Positions 1 to 9,040 of a DNA stretch of 50,640 bases are shown here, one piece after another. The notes under the pieces are model-generated. The model was not told where the DNA came from, did no database searches, and worked only from the letters and a program-made list of their open reading frames with translations. The stretch spans positions 1 through 50,640 of the forward strand of contig CAXSGP010000025.1 of the NCBI GenBank assembly GCA_964236955.1. The letters run 5' to 3'. The stretch's first letter is position 1. Every line of letters begins with the position of its first letter. Both the position numbers and the translations under genes were made by a program. The stretch comes from an uncultured Oligoflexus sp. (GTDB taxonomy: Bacteria; Bdellovibrionota_B; Oligoflexia; Oligoflexales; Oligoflexaceae).

Positions 1-197
1 TTCTTCTGCGTACACAAGGCAAAAGCAACCAGCAGTGAACTCTGGTCAGAGCGCCTGCAATTAACATGCACATTCACAGATGCTCAGCCATCCCGAAAGT
101 AAGTTCGCTGTCGTCGGTTGGAAAAAATGCGTTTCGTGCGGCTGGTGTCGCAAGGACCTCGGACTCGTGAAGCTAGACTCGCTTGAAAATTCACCCG

Positions 198-371
198 ATG
201 AGTGACATTCAGGTCTCTCACCAGATCAAGAAAGACCTGGAGAACCATCTCAGGATGAGCCCTCAATCGATCTATTTGTCAGTTGATGGGATTATGACGG
301 CGGTTGGTATTCGAACATCCTACAGGGATCTCGTGGTTCCTATATGGGAGAATTTGCAAGGCAATAAATAA
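198..371 (+). CDS. Small hypothetical protein (phage-like context)
   Basis: ATG at 198 overlaps the stop of an upstream CxxC-containing mini-ORF (80-205); followed immediately by a hairpin. Confidence 0.4.
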   Translation: MSDIQVSHQIKKDLENHLRMSPQSIYLSVDGIMTAVGIRTSYRDLVVPIWENLQGNK

Positions 372-392
372 AAGGAGCTAACTCGGCTCCTT
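372..392. terminator. Hairpin terminator between convergent genes
   Basis: AAGGAGC-N7-GCTCCTT inverted repeat; A-run to the left gives a U-tract on the minus strand. Confidence 0.55.
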
Positions 393-411
393 GATTGCGT
401 TAGTTTTGGTT

Positions 412-1083
412 TCAGCAGTCGGGGGTATCGAATGGGAAATCTGGGTCGGTAATTATTACACAACCTTCTCCTGGTTGGTCGGTCATGCCCGAGCCGCCTT
501 CTCCTATGGCAGGGTGAAAGCCACCTCCAGAAGAACCGCTGCTTTCACCGCCTCCGCCGCCACCTGCCAAAATCGCGTCGTGGTTAGCTTTCAATTCAGC
601 TTGTACCGATTTCTCATACTCTACATACTTATCCCAGTAGGCTTTGCAATTTATGAATGTGCTTGAGCAAGTTAGCACTGCTGCTGCAAAGGGGAGTAAG
701 GCAGCTTCTGGACCAGTTTTTAGCATTGAAGATAGCCATCCGGTGGCACTTATTGTGCAAGCACCTGCACTAATTCGACAAGCATTGTGAGCAGATTCAA
801 CTCCTTCACCAAGTTTTATAACCGCGTCAGATGGGACGTCTGATGTTTCAATCGGTCCTTGAGCAAGTAAATCCATCTCCGGTTGAGTAATAAGCCTTAT
901 TGGAAACGACTGACTGTGCAGCTTAACTTTCTTGAATTCCTCAGGGTCAGCTGTAAAAAAAGTTGAGCCGAGCCAGGATATTTGCGCGTAAACACATTTA
1001 TTAAACATAGGCACACATATTTTTGCTTTTTCAGCAAAAGCATTCGATGAAAGCAGAAGAAACAACAATCCAAGGTATTTCAT
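412..1083 (-). CDS. Secreted Cys-rich protein with hydrophobic helical hairpin and Gly-rich tail (bacteriocin-like candidate)
   Basis: Sec signal MKYLGLLFLLLSSNAFA; two Cx6C motifs flanking a hydrophobic stretch; 223 aa ORF. Confidence 0.75.
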   Translation of the reverse strand: MKYLGLLFLLLSSNAFAEKAKICVPMFNKCVYAQISWLGSTFFTADPEEFKKVKLHSQSFPIRLITQPEMDLLAQGPIETSDVPSDAVIKLGEGVESAHNACRISAGACTISATGWLSSMLKTGPEAALLPFAAAVLTCSSTFINCKAYWDKYVEYEKSVQAELKANHDAILAGGGGGGESSGSSGGGFHPAIGEGGSGMTDQPGEGCVIITDPDFPFDTPDC

Positions 1084-1277
1084 ATATATTTCCCCGGTCT
1101 AGGTTTCATGAAAAAACTCATAACAGTAACAGCCACCGAGAGGGCAAGTACATACATATCTTGGTGTTCAAGGAATGTGAGAGAGTGAAAGTTAGTGTAT
1201 GTGTCTAAAGCGAATCCCGCGAACAACACAGCCGCTACTAACAGTAGAACAAGTCTTATCCAATTCAGAACGGGCAT
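1080..1277 (-). CDS. Small two-TM membrane protein
   Basis: AAGGAGG RBS before ATG at 1277; two hydrophobic segments; ATGA overlap with the downstream gene. Confidence 0.75.
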   Translation of the reverse strand: MPVLNWIRLVLLLVAAVLFAGFALDTYTNFHSLTFLEHQDMYVLALSVAVTVMSFFMKPRPGKYI

Positions 1278-1443
1278 AACTACCTCCTTTAACACACATC
1301 TGTCGTAGTCTTAATCTATCGCTTCTCTAAAAGCAATCAAAGTATTACACAGTGAGGCTGTCATCGTTCTCGGAACGTAAGGGTACAGAAAGATATAAAA
1401 AAAGAGCAGGCCTAAGCCTACCCGTCAGTCACTTCGAGCCATA

Positions 1444-1815
1444 TTATTTGCAGCGCAAGTAGAGTCCAACCTCACCACTCTTGAACCCCTGGACCGCCCT
1501 ATAGCTGACTTCGTTCTCGACGACGAAAAGTTTAAACTCCTCAGTCTCTTTTAGGAGCGTGAAGATTTCATCACCAATTAAAATGGCCATCGTGAACTGG
1601 GAATAGGCTGGGATCTCAGCATTACTAACCGTGAATGAGCAATCGTCCTCACCGATGGAGGCCTCGTCGTCGAGAAAGGCCCTGTAGACCCTCGGTGTCA
1701 GCACTGGAAGGGGTCAGGCGAGCGAGCCATTGTTTGCAGGAATTGAAGATGATTCGTCACCTTCAGATCCACAGGTGAGTAAAGAGAGGGCTAGAGCTAA
1801 GGATAAAAACTTCAT
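1444..1815 (-). pseudogene. Lipoprotein gene interrupted by one in-frame TGA
   Basis: AGGAG RBS, ATG 1815, MKFLSLALALSLLTC lipoprotein-like signal; TGA at 1716-1714 is in frame with ORF 1444-1704. Confidence 0.6.
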
Positions 1816-2166
1816 ATAAATTCTCCTGGATCAACGACAGAAAACGCATGAAGTTGTATGTGAATGCCGCGATCATTCCATAGACGCGATTGGCATCATA
1901 TTCACAGAGTCAATCGCCTTTCCAGATAATTACGCGAACACGCACTCGCCTGAATCATTTGGGATTAGGGATAAGAGCAAGCAATCCATTGAACTGAAAC
2001 CCGAAAACTAGACCGGTGCCTTAGTTCGGTAATCGCGGTGTAAGGCTCTAACAAAAAAATCAATCCGTTGGAGTGGTCGATGGGTCCATTTCAGACTTGG
2101 TATTTTTTGATTCAATGATAAGTTCGACCCGATCGAACAGCGCTAATGTTTTGCACAAGCAAAGAA

Positions 2167-3348
2167 TTATTCCTCATACTTCAATTTAATCAAGGGGCCT
2201 TTGTTGCCATCCTTATCCACGCCTCGAATGCCGGTTCCTAGGGTAAGATCACAGAGTGAAGCAATGGCCAGGGCATCGACTGGACTGCCGGAACTTCTTA
2301 AAAACTTATTCAACGGATCGGTAATGCTCTCTCGGCTCGGCCGCATCTTGTGGCTGAGAGTAAGCGCCGATAGGCTCAAGCCGTCGTACTCAAAGATAAA
2401 ATAGTCGTCGCCAGCGATGAAGTCAACGGAATCGATAGACCCGGCGCCAGCTGCCTGGGCTGCTTCAATTGCGAGTTTTTGCAATCCAGCACTTGGAGTT
2501 TGAATCGCTGAAAAACCCAGAAAGGTTGAACCGGATGCGAAACCAAGAAAAGAGAAATTATGCGCGTCTGCAGCGCTTCCGGAAGTTGCCAGGGTCTGGC
2601 AGCCGCCTACTAAGGTCTTATCGTTGCTATTTATTAAGCTAATGTTGACGTTTGATCCATAGCGAAAGTTTCCTTCAAGCTGGCCCTCGACCTGAAGAAT
2701 ATAGGCTTTACGCGATTCAACATATCCACTTACCTTACCGCCGTCGCCGGCTGGATTGGGAAAACTGAAGGATAAGGTACCGGCGGAGCCACTTGCTCCT
2801 CCGACTGGGCTGCTCGTAAAGCTGATCACTAACGGAATGATTTTTTCCCAAGCAAGTAAAGGAATTCTAACATGAGCTTCTGCCCGGCAGGTTTGTGCCG
2901 ATCGCGAGCCCGCTTGTATGGAGTAAAGGTTTTTTGATACTTCCACAGATGAAAAGTTACAATCGCCTTCGGTAGTCACTATATCGACGAGACTAACGTT
3001 TTTCTTGTTTTCTAGTTCAATCGTTGCAAACTCAACATTATCCCCGGTGCTGATGGATAACTGCTTTTTTAAGAGCTTGAGGGTTGCAGTCGAGGCGGAG
3101 CTTGAGGTACTGCCAGTGCTACCAGACATACTGTTACCGTCTGCTGTATCCTCGCCAGAGTCGCCGGTTCCGTCACTACCGGCAGCCTCCTTACTGTTAT
3201 CAGTATTGGAGGCGATTGGTCCTGTTTGATGCGCTTTTGTTGAGGCCTGCTTTATCTTTGGATTTTCCTGCATGCCTCCACCCGCCGTAGACCTGCATGC
3301 GTGAAAAGTCGATCCTATTCCGACGACTATACAAAGCTTCTTAAGCAT
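2167..3348 (-). CDS. Hypothetical lipoprotein (Ser/Gly-rich linker followed by beta-rich domains)
   Basis: MLKKLCIVVGIGSTFHAC lipobox-like signal; AAGGGA RBS; low-complexity linker after the Cys. Confidence 0.75.
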   Translation of the reverse strand: MLKKLCIVVGIGSTFHACRSTAGGGMQENPKIKQASTKAHQTGPIASNTDNSKEAAGSDGTGDSGEDTADGNSMSGSTGSTSSSASTATLKLLKKQLSISTGDNVEFATIELENKKNVSLVDIVTTEGDCNFSSVEVSKNLYSIQAGSRSAQTCRAEAHVRIPLLAWEKIIPLVISFTSSPVGGASGSAGTLSFSFPNPAGDGGKVSGYVESRKAYILQVEGQLEGNFRYGSNVNISLINSNDKTLVGGCQTLATSGSAADAHNFSFLGFASGSTFLGFSAIQTPSAGLQKLAIEAAQAAGAGSIDSVDFIAGDDYFIFEYDGLSLSALTLSHKMRPSRESITDPLNKFLRSSGSPVDALAIASLCDLTLGTGIRGVDKDGNKGPLIKLKYEE

Positions 3349-3428
3349 TGGGTATCCCTTTTTAATCTTACAACTTGGATATTTCAAAATTCTCAACTCG
3401 TCAAATTCCAGGTACGCGCGGGTGCAAT

Positions 3429-3947
3429 TTACTTTGCCCGTCCGGACAGAAACGCATTCATTGCCTCAACCTTTACCGCTTGTTCCGTCTCCGCACGGCT
3501 CACCTCTTGAGCAAGGTTTTCTGCATACTGTGTAAGATTTCCAGCCTTCAAAGCTGCAATGCGAGAAAAGATAAACCCAAATTGTTCCCGCTCTTGGGCC
3601 GTAACGCTGTCGTCGTTAAGGCGCTTAATCATGTCTTCGCTTTCGACCCTGTCTTCCAAAGTGACAAGTTCCCCCAGACGTTCTTCAGCAGACATTACTT
3701 CCGGGGCAGGCTGTGATCCTATAATTCCCTTAGGCTTGAAATCCGCCGCGGTTACCCGCTTAGAATCTTCAGTTCGCGAAGACGAAGTCTGGAGGGCATT
3801 TGATGGATCTAAGGCATCGCTTTTTAAATTATGCAAACGTCTCGGTTGTAAAGTATGGCCCATTTTCGCCTTAAAACCTAACCAGCTTCCTCCCAAAGCA
3901 AGAACTAAGCCCAATATGCCAGCTGATTTAAAGATTCTCTTTTGCAT
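3429..3947 (-). CDS. Membrane-anchored hypothetical protein with helical C-terminus
   Basis: AAGGA RBS before MQKRIFKS; single N-terminal hydrophobic segment. Confidence 0.7.
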   Translation of the reverse strand: MQKRIFKSAGILGLVLALGGSWLGFKAKMGHTLQPRRLHNLKSDALDPSNALQTSSSRTEDSKRVTAADFKPKGIIGSQPAPEVMSAEERLGELVTLEDRVESEDMIKRLNDDSVTAQEREQFGFIFSRIAALKAGNLTQYAENLAQEVSRAETEQAVKVEAMNAFLSGRAK

Positions 3948-4157
3948 AATTTTAATCCTTTTTAAGCGAAAGGCACGATGGCCCATGATGGTTTTCAAGC
4001 CATGAGCGCCTGAGGGTTCGAGATTTTTTTGAGTCGTCATTGCTAAGGTTACGCATCGACAGAGTTACAAGATCCCTGATTCCCTAAGAAATGAGGTCCT
4101 CATTCCTCCTAGGAAGAGGCCATTTTTGACGAACGTATATTGCCTGAGAAATGTTTA

Positions 4158-5900
4158 CTACTTCTTGGCGTCGAAGGTCAAAAATGTGGAGCGATCGAGT
4201 ATTTGAATACCATTGACGTGATCGCTAACCCATAGATTATTGTTTTTCTTGAATTCGGAGACGGCGGTTTTGCTGCCCCAAATTGCGTCCACGGTGTTTA
4301 AAAAATAGGACCCGGCACGGCAATAGAAGTTCCAACCACAAGCGGAATGTAGGTTTTTAGCAGCAGCACCGGCTCCGGTTTGACCAGCCACTTCAGGCAA
4401 GGCGGGGGGCATTGTGCTTAAAGAGTTGATCGAAGCAAAATTTCTCAAGGCTCGCTCAATCAAAGTATTCTTTGCCTCTCTGATGATCTCGGTTTGTTCG
4501 GCCGGCGAATATTGAAATTCTCTGGCCTCGGCATTGAAATCGATGGTAAACCAATCGCTGGAATTACTGTCCTCGACGATGCTGTTAATATTTTTTGCGC
4601 TCAGAAAACCACCTTTTACTGTCTTTTTTTCGACCCGACTGATGAAGTTACTCATTTGATAGCTTGCTGTATAGCCGCGCCGGGCTGCAATCTCATAGGT
4701 ATATTCGAGGTTAGGCGACATATGAGCAACGAGATCTTTGGCACTGATTTCGGTTTTGTTCTCAAAAAGGCCATTTTCATAGTATGGGCAGGAACCAGCA
4801 AGAGATAGGACTATTTGTCCCGATACACTGCTGCCGAAACCTATCACGCGTTCGCTATCATCTGGACTAGGGCTGGCTGAACTTAAAGCCGGCAAAGTTT
4901 GGCCCTCTCTTGCAAAAGGAGCAGCCGGGCCCGTGGCCATGCCTCCTGCTATGCTGCTACGCAATAGGGCTGGTAAGGTAGTCTCTGTAGCGTTGCTGCC
5001 GAGTTTTATAACGGCAAAAAGATTGGCCGATTTTACCGGCATCTTTTCCCAAAATACATTGAGGTTAGGATTGGAGGCCTGGTAGTCCTGAAGAAGCTTG
5101 TCCCAGGCAATCCTATAAATTACTTGTCCCGTCACACCTTCGAGGGCCGTGTATTGCCTGTAGAGGTCACCTACTTTTGTGTTCAGGTCGAAAAGTTTGT
5201 TCTGGAGTTCGAGGGCGGGGGTGATGGCCTCATTGTAACGGCTGGCCAAAATTCCAAGCTCGACGCTCGCCCTATCAAAGGCTAGTTTGGATTTGTTGTG
5301 TGCGCTTTGAGCTGGGCTCAGTACGTCGGTGATAAATTTCTTGTAGTCCCATTTTGTTGCATCCCAATTGGCTTTGGCGTCCTTGCACGCGACGGCAGCG
5401 TCCGTGGCAGTCACCGAGCAGGTATTGTACTCAGTCGCTGCGGTTTCTTTCGCCGAGAAGAGTTTGCTGTCCTGAGAACGAGCATTATCAAGGATTATTT
5501 TCGCAGCACTTTGTTCTGCAAGAAGGAGGCCCACGTCTTTGGCCTGGTCTTCCCGCGCTTTATCAAGTGGTTCAAAATCGGTGATCATTTTTTCGATTTT
5601 TTTGGCGATAATCTCCGCAGTGTTTAGCGTCGAAGTCGCAACCGAACCGACCTTAAGGACAGCTGGACAGAAATTGAGGTTGGTGGTGGAAGCCAATGAG
5701 GATAAGCGTGCCTCCCCCGCAACAGGGGGTAGGATATAAGCTGTTTTGCAGTCTTCGTCGAACATGACACCCGTGCCATTATCGGGAGCCTTTATACTAG
5801 GCAAAGGGCATTTTGCTTGGAGAAAGGGGTTTGCAGATGCTTGAGTGGCAATTGTGGCGAGGGCAAATCCTAGAAACGAGTGAGACGACTTCTTCTTCAT
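4158..5900 (-). CDS. Secreted 580-aa Cys-containing coiled-coil/beta protein, function unknown
   Basis: GGAGA RBS before ATG 5900; signal peptide ending ASA; long helical hairpin with Cx10C tip; several Cys pairs. Confidence 0.85.
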   Translation of the reverse strand: MKKKSSHSFLGFALATIATQASANPFLQAKCPLPSIKAPDNGTGVMFDEDCKTAYILPPVAGEARLSSLASTTNLNFCPAVLKVGSVATSTLNTAEIIAKKIEKMITDFEPLDKAREDQAKDVGLLLAEQSAAKIILDNARSQDSKLFSAKETAATEYNTCSVTATDAAVACKDAKANWDATKWDYKKFITDVLSPAQSAHNKSKLAFDRASVELGILASRYNEAITPALELQNKLFDLNTKVGDLYRQYTALEGVTGQVIYRIAWDKLLQDYQASNPNLNVFWEKMPVKSANLFAVIKLGSNATETTLPALLRSSIAGGMATGPAAPFAREGQTLPALSSASPSPDDSERVIGFGSSVSGQIVLSLAGSCPYYENGLFENKTEISAKDLVAHMSPNLEYTYEIAARRGYTASYQMSNFISRVEKKTVKGGFLSAKNINSIVEDSNSSDWFTIDFNAEAREFQYSPAEQTEIIREAKNTLIERALRNFASINSLSTMPPALPEVAGQTGAGAAAKNLHSACGWNFYCRAGSYFLNTVDAIWGSKTAVSEFKKNNNLWVSDHVNGIQILDRSTFLTFDAKK

Positions 5901-6168
5901 GGATAATCTCCGATTTATCGTAATTAGCGGCTTAAGTAGGATATTCACCGATTTTGGGATAAAAAATTTGAAACCTGAGCGCTTAAAAAGTTGGCTTATT
6001 GGCTTACCAAAAGCCCTCCTCACGCGGGCCGCAAAAATTTTCACTCCTAAGTGGAATGCTTTGGGAAAAATTTATTGCAGCGGAGAATGGAATTATTATT
6101 TTGCAATCTTTCGGACAGGTCTCCGTCCTTTGGGAATAGCTAACTGGCCCCATAGGAGAGAGTTTCCC

Positions 6169-7929
6169 ATGATTCCTTATAAATGCCCTATCGCTCTCGC
6201 CACTTTCCTCGCTTTTTTATTCGGCAAAGCCTTAGGGGCGGAATCCTGCCGCCTTTGGGTAAAGGGTCAACACTTTCAGCCGACCCTCGTCGCTGGCGAA
6301 GTGGCTGATGCCTGCAGAAACGCGGCACCTTCGTTTCTGCCCGAATGTTTTTCCGATCATCGGTATGAATGCCAGTGGGTGGCCGATCTCAAAGCCCGAG
6401 GTTTAATTCAGTCTTATGCCGGCAATGATTCGATCGAGGCGGCAACCCTTGCCCAGTTGGATTTGGAGAAATTGAAGAATTACCAGCTTGCCGCTTCGCT
6501 TCGCCTTTCCCCCGAAGATGAATCCAGCAAGCTTGAAGTGCCAGGCGACGTCGCGTTTCTAAAGGCCAACTTTCGGCTGGTCCTGCTGGAGCAGTTAAAT
6601 GCTGATTTAAAGACCCTTAGAGAGGATATAAGCTTTAAGCGGCAGGAACGGGTGGTTCTGTGGAAGATTTACATGGAATCGACTTTGATACCTCTACTCG
6701 AAGCCAAACTCATGGCTTTTCCTTACTTTGATGATCAGGATCGCGGACAAATCTTAGAGAGTCTTAGGAAGATATCCCTAGGGACTATGGCTGAGGCAAA
6801 AAACCTGATTGATGAAGATCCTGGTAAGGTTGAATCCTTTCGGAGCAACCTGATCCATCGAATGTTCATTAAAATGGCCGCTGGCACGGCCGATTTGGAT
6901 CCACCCGCCCGGGTGGAGTTTCAAAGACAATTTATTCGGCTTTCTTTATCTCTTGGGCTCTCAATGCCGGCTGCTTGTCAACTCGAACCGGCCTCTTTAG
7001 ACTTGTGTCTGGCCTGGGAAAAATGGGCGCAAACCCCTTATGCTTCGATGGAAGCTTTAGAAATCCTGGCCAAGTCTTTGCAGACTCTTGCTGTATCGAT
7101 GCACTTTCTAAAGGCAACGGTTCATGGGTACCCTTTTGAATCGGACGGTCCCTCCCAGGCAACTCTAAAACTTCTTAAAGAGTTGAGCCGGCTCAAAGAT
7201 CAGCAGAGTTTTGATCGGGCCTATGCAGCCGTGTTCCTGGCTAATGGTTCTTTTTTCGAGGATGGGGCTGAGCGTTGGAATAAATTGACTCATGGCCTTG
7301 CGCCGTTTAAAGGCGCCGCATTTTTCGCTCAGGGCAGCGCGACGCGACCGATTGCATGCTCACTTTTCCGCAGTGGTGTTGCCGATAAGAAAATTTTTGC
7401 CGATAAAAAAATCAGAGCTGTTTTGCTGTCGATACAGGCCCTGTTAACAGAATTGAGAGACGCATCTGTTACCAGCGAAGGTCTGACCGTTTTCGGGACC
7501 AGGCTTGATGATTTAAATTCGCAGTTGGATAGGGCAATTGAGGAGTCAAACCATCTCATTCAATTTCCCGGCCTGGTCTGGGACCGGATGGTGCAAGTCA
7601 GCTGGGACTTGAAGCAGCTTCATTTGCCTTTGCAAACTATTGTTGGCAGTCGGATTCAAATCGAGTTTGTGCGGAGCGGTGATTTCTACTGGGACCCCCA
7701 ATCGGGTTTAAGCCTTAACGATACAATACCTGAGCTGGCCGAACTGATGACTTATGGGGCCACGCTCTTGCCTTACGGGGGCGGCCGCGTCGGGTCTGAT
7801 GGGCGCTTGCAGGCAAAGCTCAAGCTTTCGCCTGAATCAGCCTGTATGGGACAATCCATTTCTATTGCCTTTCGCTTTCCAGACTTGGACCCTTATAAAA
7901 TCTTCGCATTGGAAGCTGAATTGGATTGA
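6169..7929 (+). CDS. Secreted 586-aa helical protein, function unknown
   Basis: AGGAG RBS before ATG 6169; signal peptide ending ALGA; Cys-rich N-terminus; helical middle; beta-rich C-terminus. Confidence 0.8.
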   Translation: MIPYKCPIALATFLAFLFGKALGAESCRLWVKGQHFQPTLVAGEVADACRNAAPSFLPECFSDHRYECQWVADLKARGLIQSYAGNDSIEAATLAQLDLEKLKNYQLAASLRLSPEDESSKLEVPGDVAFLKANFRLVLLEQLNADLKTLREDISFKRQERVVLWKIYMESTLIPLLEAKLMAFPYFDDQDRGQILESLRKISLGTMAEAKNLIDEDPGKVESFRSNLIHRMFIKMAAGTADLDPPARVEFQRQFIRLSLSLGLSMPAACQLEPASLDLCLAWEKWAQTPYASMEALEILAKSLQTLAVSMHFLKATVHGYPFESDGPSQATLKLLKELSRLKDQQSFDRAYAAVFLANGSFFEDGAERWNKLTHGLAPFKGAAFFAQGSATRPIACSLFRSGVADKKIFADKKIRAVLLSIQALLTELRDASVTSEGLTVFGTRLDDLNSQLDRAIEESNHLIQFPGLVWDRMVQVSWDLKQLHLPLQTIVGSRIQIEFVRSGDFYWDPQSGLSLNDTIPELAELMTYGATLLPYGGGRVGSDGRLQAKLKLSPESACMGQSISIAFRFPDLDPYKIFALEAELD

Positions 7930-7965
7930 TCGAGTCCAAGCTGTCCAATTGAAAAAAGGAATTCC

Positions 7966-8877
7966 ATGAACATTTTCAAAAAATACTTAGTCTTCTGTGC
8001 TCTCTATTCGATTCTCGGTAAGAGCGAAGGTTTCGCCAGCAGCCCTATATTTTCAGTCAATACCCAATGTCAATACGTGGCTGGTGGCTCAAAAGGGGAC
8101 CACTACACTTCGCCTTGCTCAACGTCAGGACTTAGTTTCAGCAGTTCCACTCCGACTCCATTGCCCGAAGGGAGTTCGCTGCGTAAACTGCGTTTCCTCG
8201 ACCATATTGAGGTGGCCTTCGCGTGTAAATCATTGCGACCCATCAAAGTCTCCTGGGCTTTTGATTCGAACGCGGGCGAGCTAGCCCCGGGTGATTCTTT
8301 CAAAGTGGATTTGCCAAGCGGCTATGACGGCAAACCCTGGTTCTTTACTCCTCAGCTCGGCAGTTCGGGCATTCAGGCCTTCTACCCAAACTGTGGCGCG
8401 ACAGTTGTCAGCCATTTTCTCTATCCAGATCCGCTAGCCTTTAAAGTCATTGGGAATCTTTTGGAGCGAGTCGATAAGTCCCTGGGTTTGATCTTTGATC
8501 AGGTCACAGCTAGCTCCGATTCCCTTGCCACGCTGACAGCAATTGAGGATGGCCTTAACATTTTGGAGATACTTGAGCTTACCGCTGCCAGCGAAGATTT
8601 CGTCAATCAGCAGTTTGCTCGTCTCGAAACTCAGCTGCTTGAAGCTCAATCCCGGCTGACCCAGGCCTGCGAGGCAGGCAGTGAGGTCAAACTTTGCACT
8701 GTGGAAATCGCTCTGGCGCGATCGTTAATCGACTCGCAACGCAATGGTCTAAAACTCGAGTATTTAGATATGAAAGACTACCTTAAAGCAGAAATCCTCC
8801 GCTTAGGGAGTAGCGAAGATCCTGGGACCGCAGAAGTCATGGCTTTACTGACGAAGTCAATGAGCCAACTTAAGTAG
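7966..8877 (+). CDS. Secreted protein: beta-rich N-domain plus helical bundle with Cx8C hairpin
   Basis: AAAGGA RBS; signal peptide; paired Cys; 303 aa. Confidence 0.8.
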   Translation: MNIFKKYLVFCALYSILGKSEGFASSPIFSVNTQCQYVAGGSKGDHYTSPCSTSGLSFSSSTPTPLPEGSSLRKLRFLDHIEVAFACKSLRPIKVSWAFDSNAGELAPGDSFKVDLPSGYDGKPWFFTPQLGSSGIQAFYPNCGATVVSHFLYPDPLAFKVIGNLLERVDKSLGLIFDQVTASSDSLATLTAIEDGLNILEILELTAASEDFVNQQFARLETQLLEAQSRLTQACEAGSEVKLCTVEIALARSLIDSQRNGLKLEYLDMKDYLKAEILRLGSSEDPGTAEVMALLTKSMSQLK

Positions 8878-9040
8878 GATAGTGGATTTTTTAATGGGAT
8901 AACGTCTAAAAATAAATTCAGGCGCAAGCAATATTATTTGGATTTACTCTTCATCATTAGGAAGCGCGTGGGCAAAACCAGATTGATTTCGCCCCTGCTT
9001 TCTGACCACCCAACAGGATCCATGAGATCGAGGTTTAATT

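Noticed and set aside
2030..2100. Possible tRNA-derived att site closing the left-hand island
   Set aside because: Only a short ...CGACCA match with no T-arm similarity
5899..6168. ORF-track N-terminal extensions making 4158-6044 and 5899-7929 overlap
   Set aside because: RBS and signal peptides place the true starts at 5900 and 6169; the interval is a divergent promoter region
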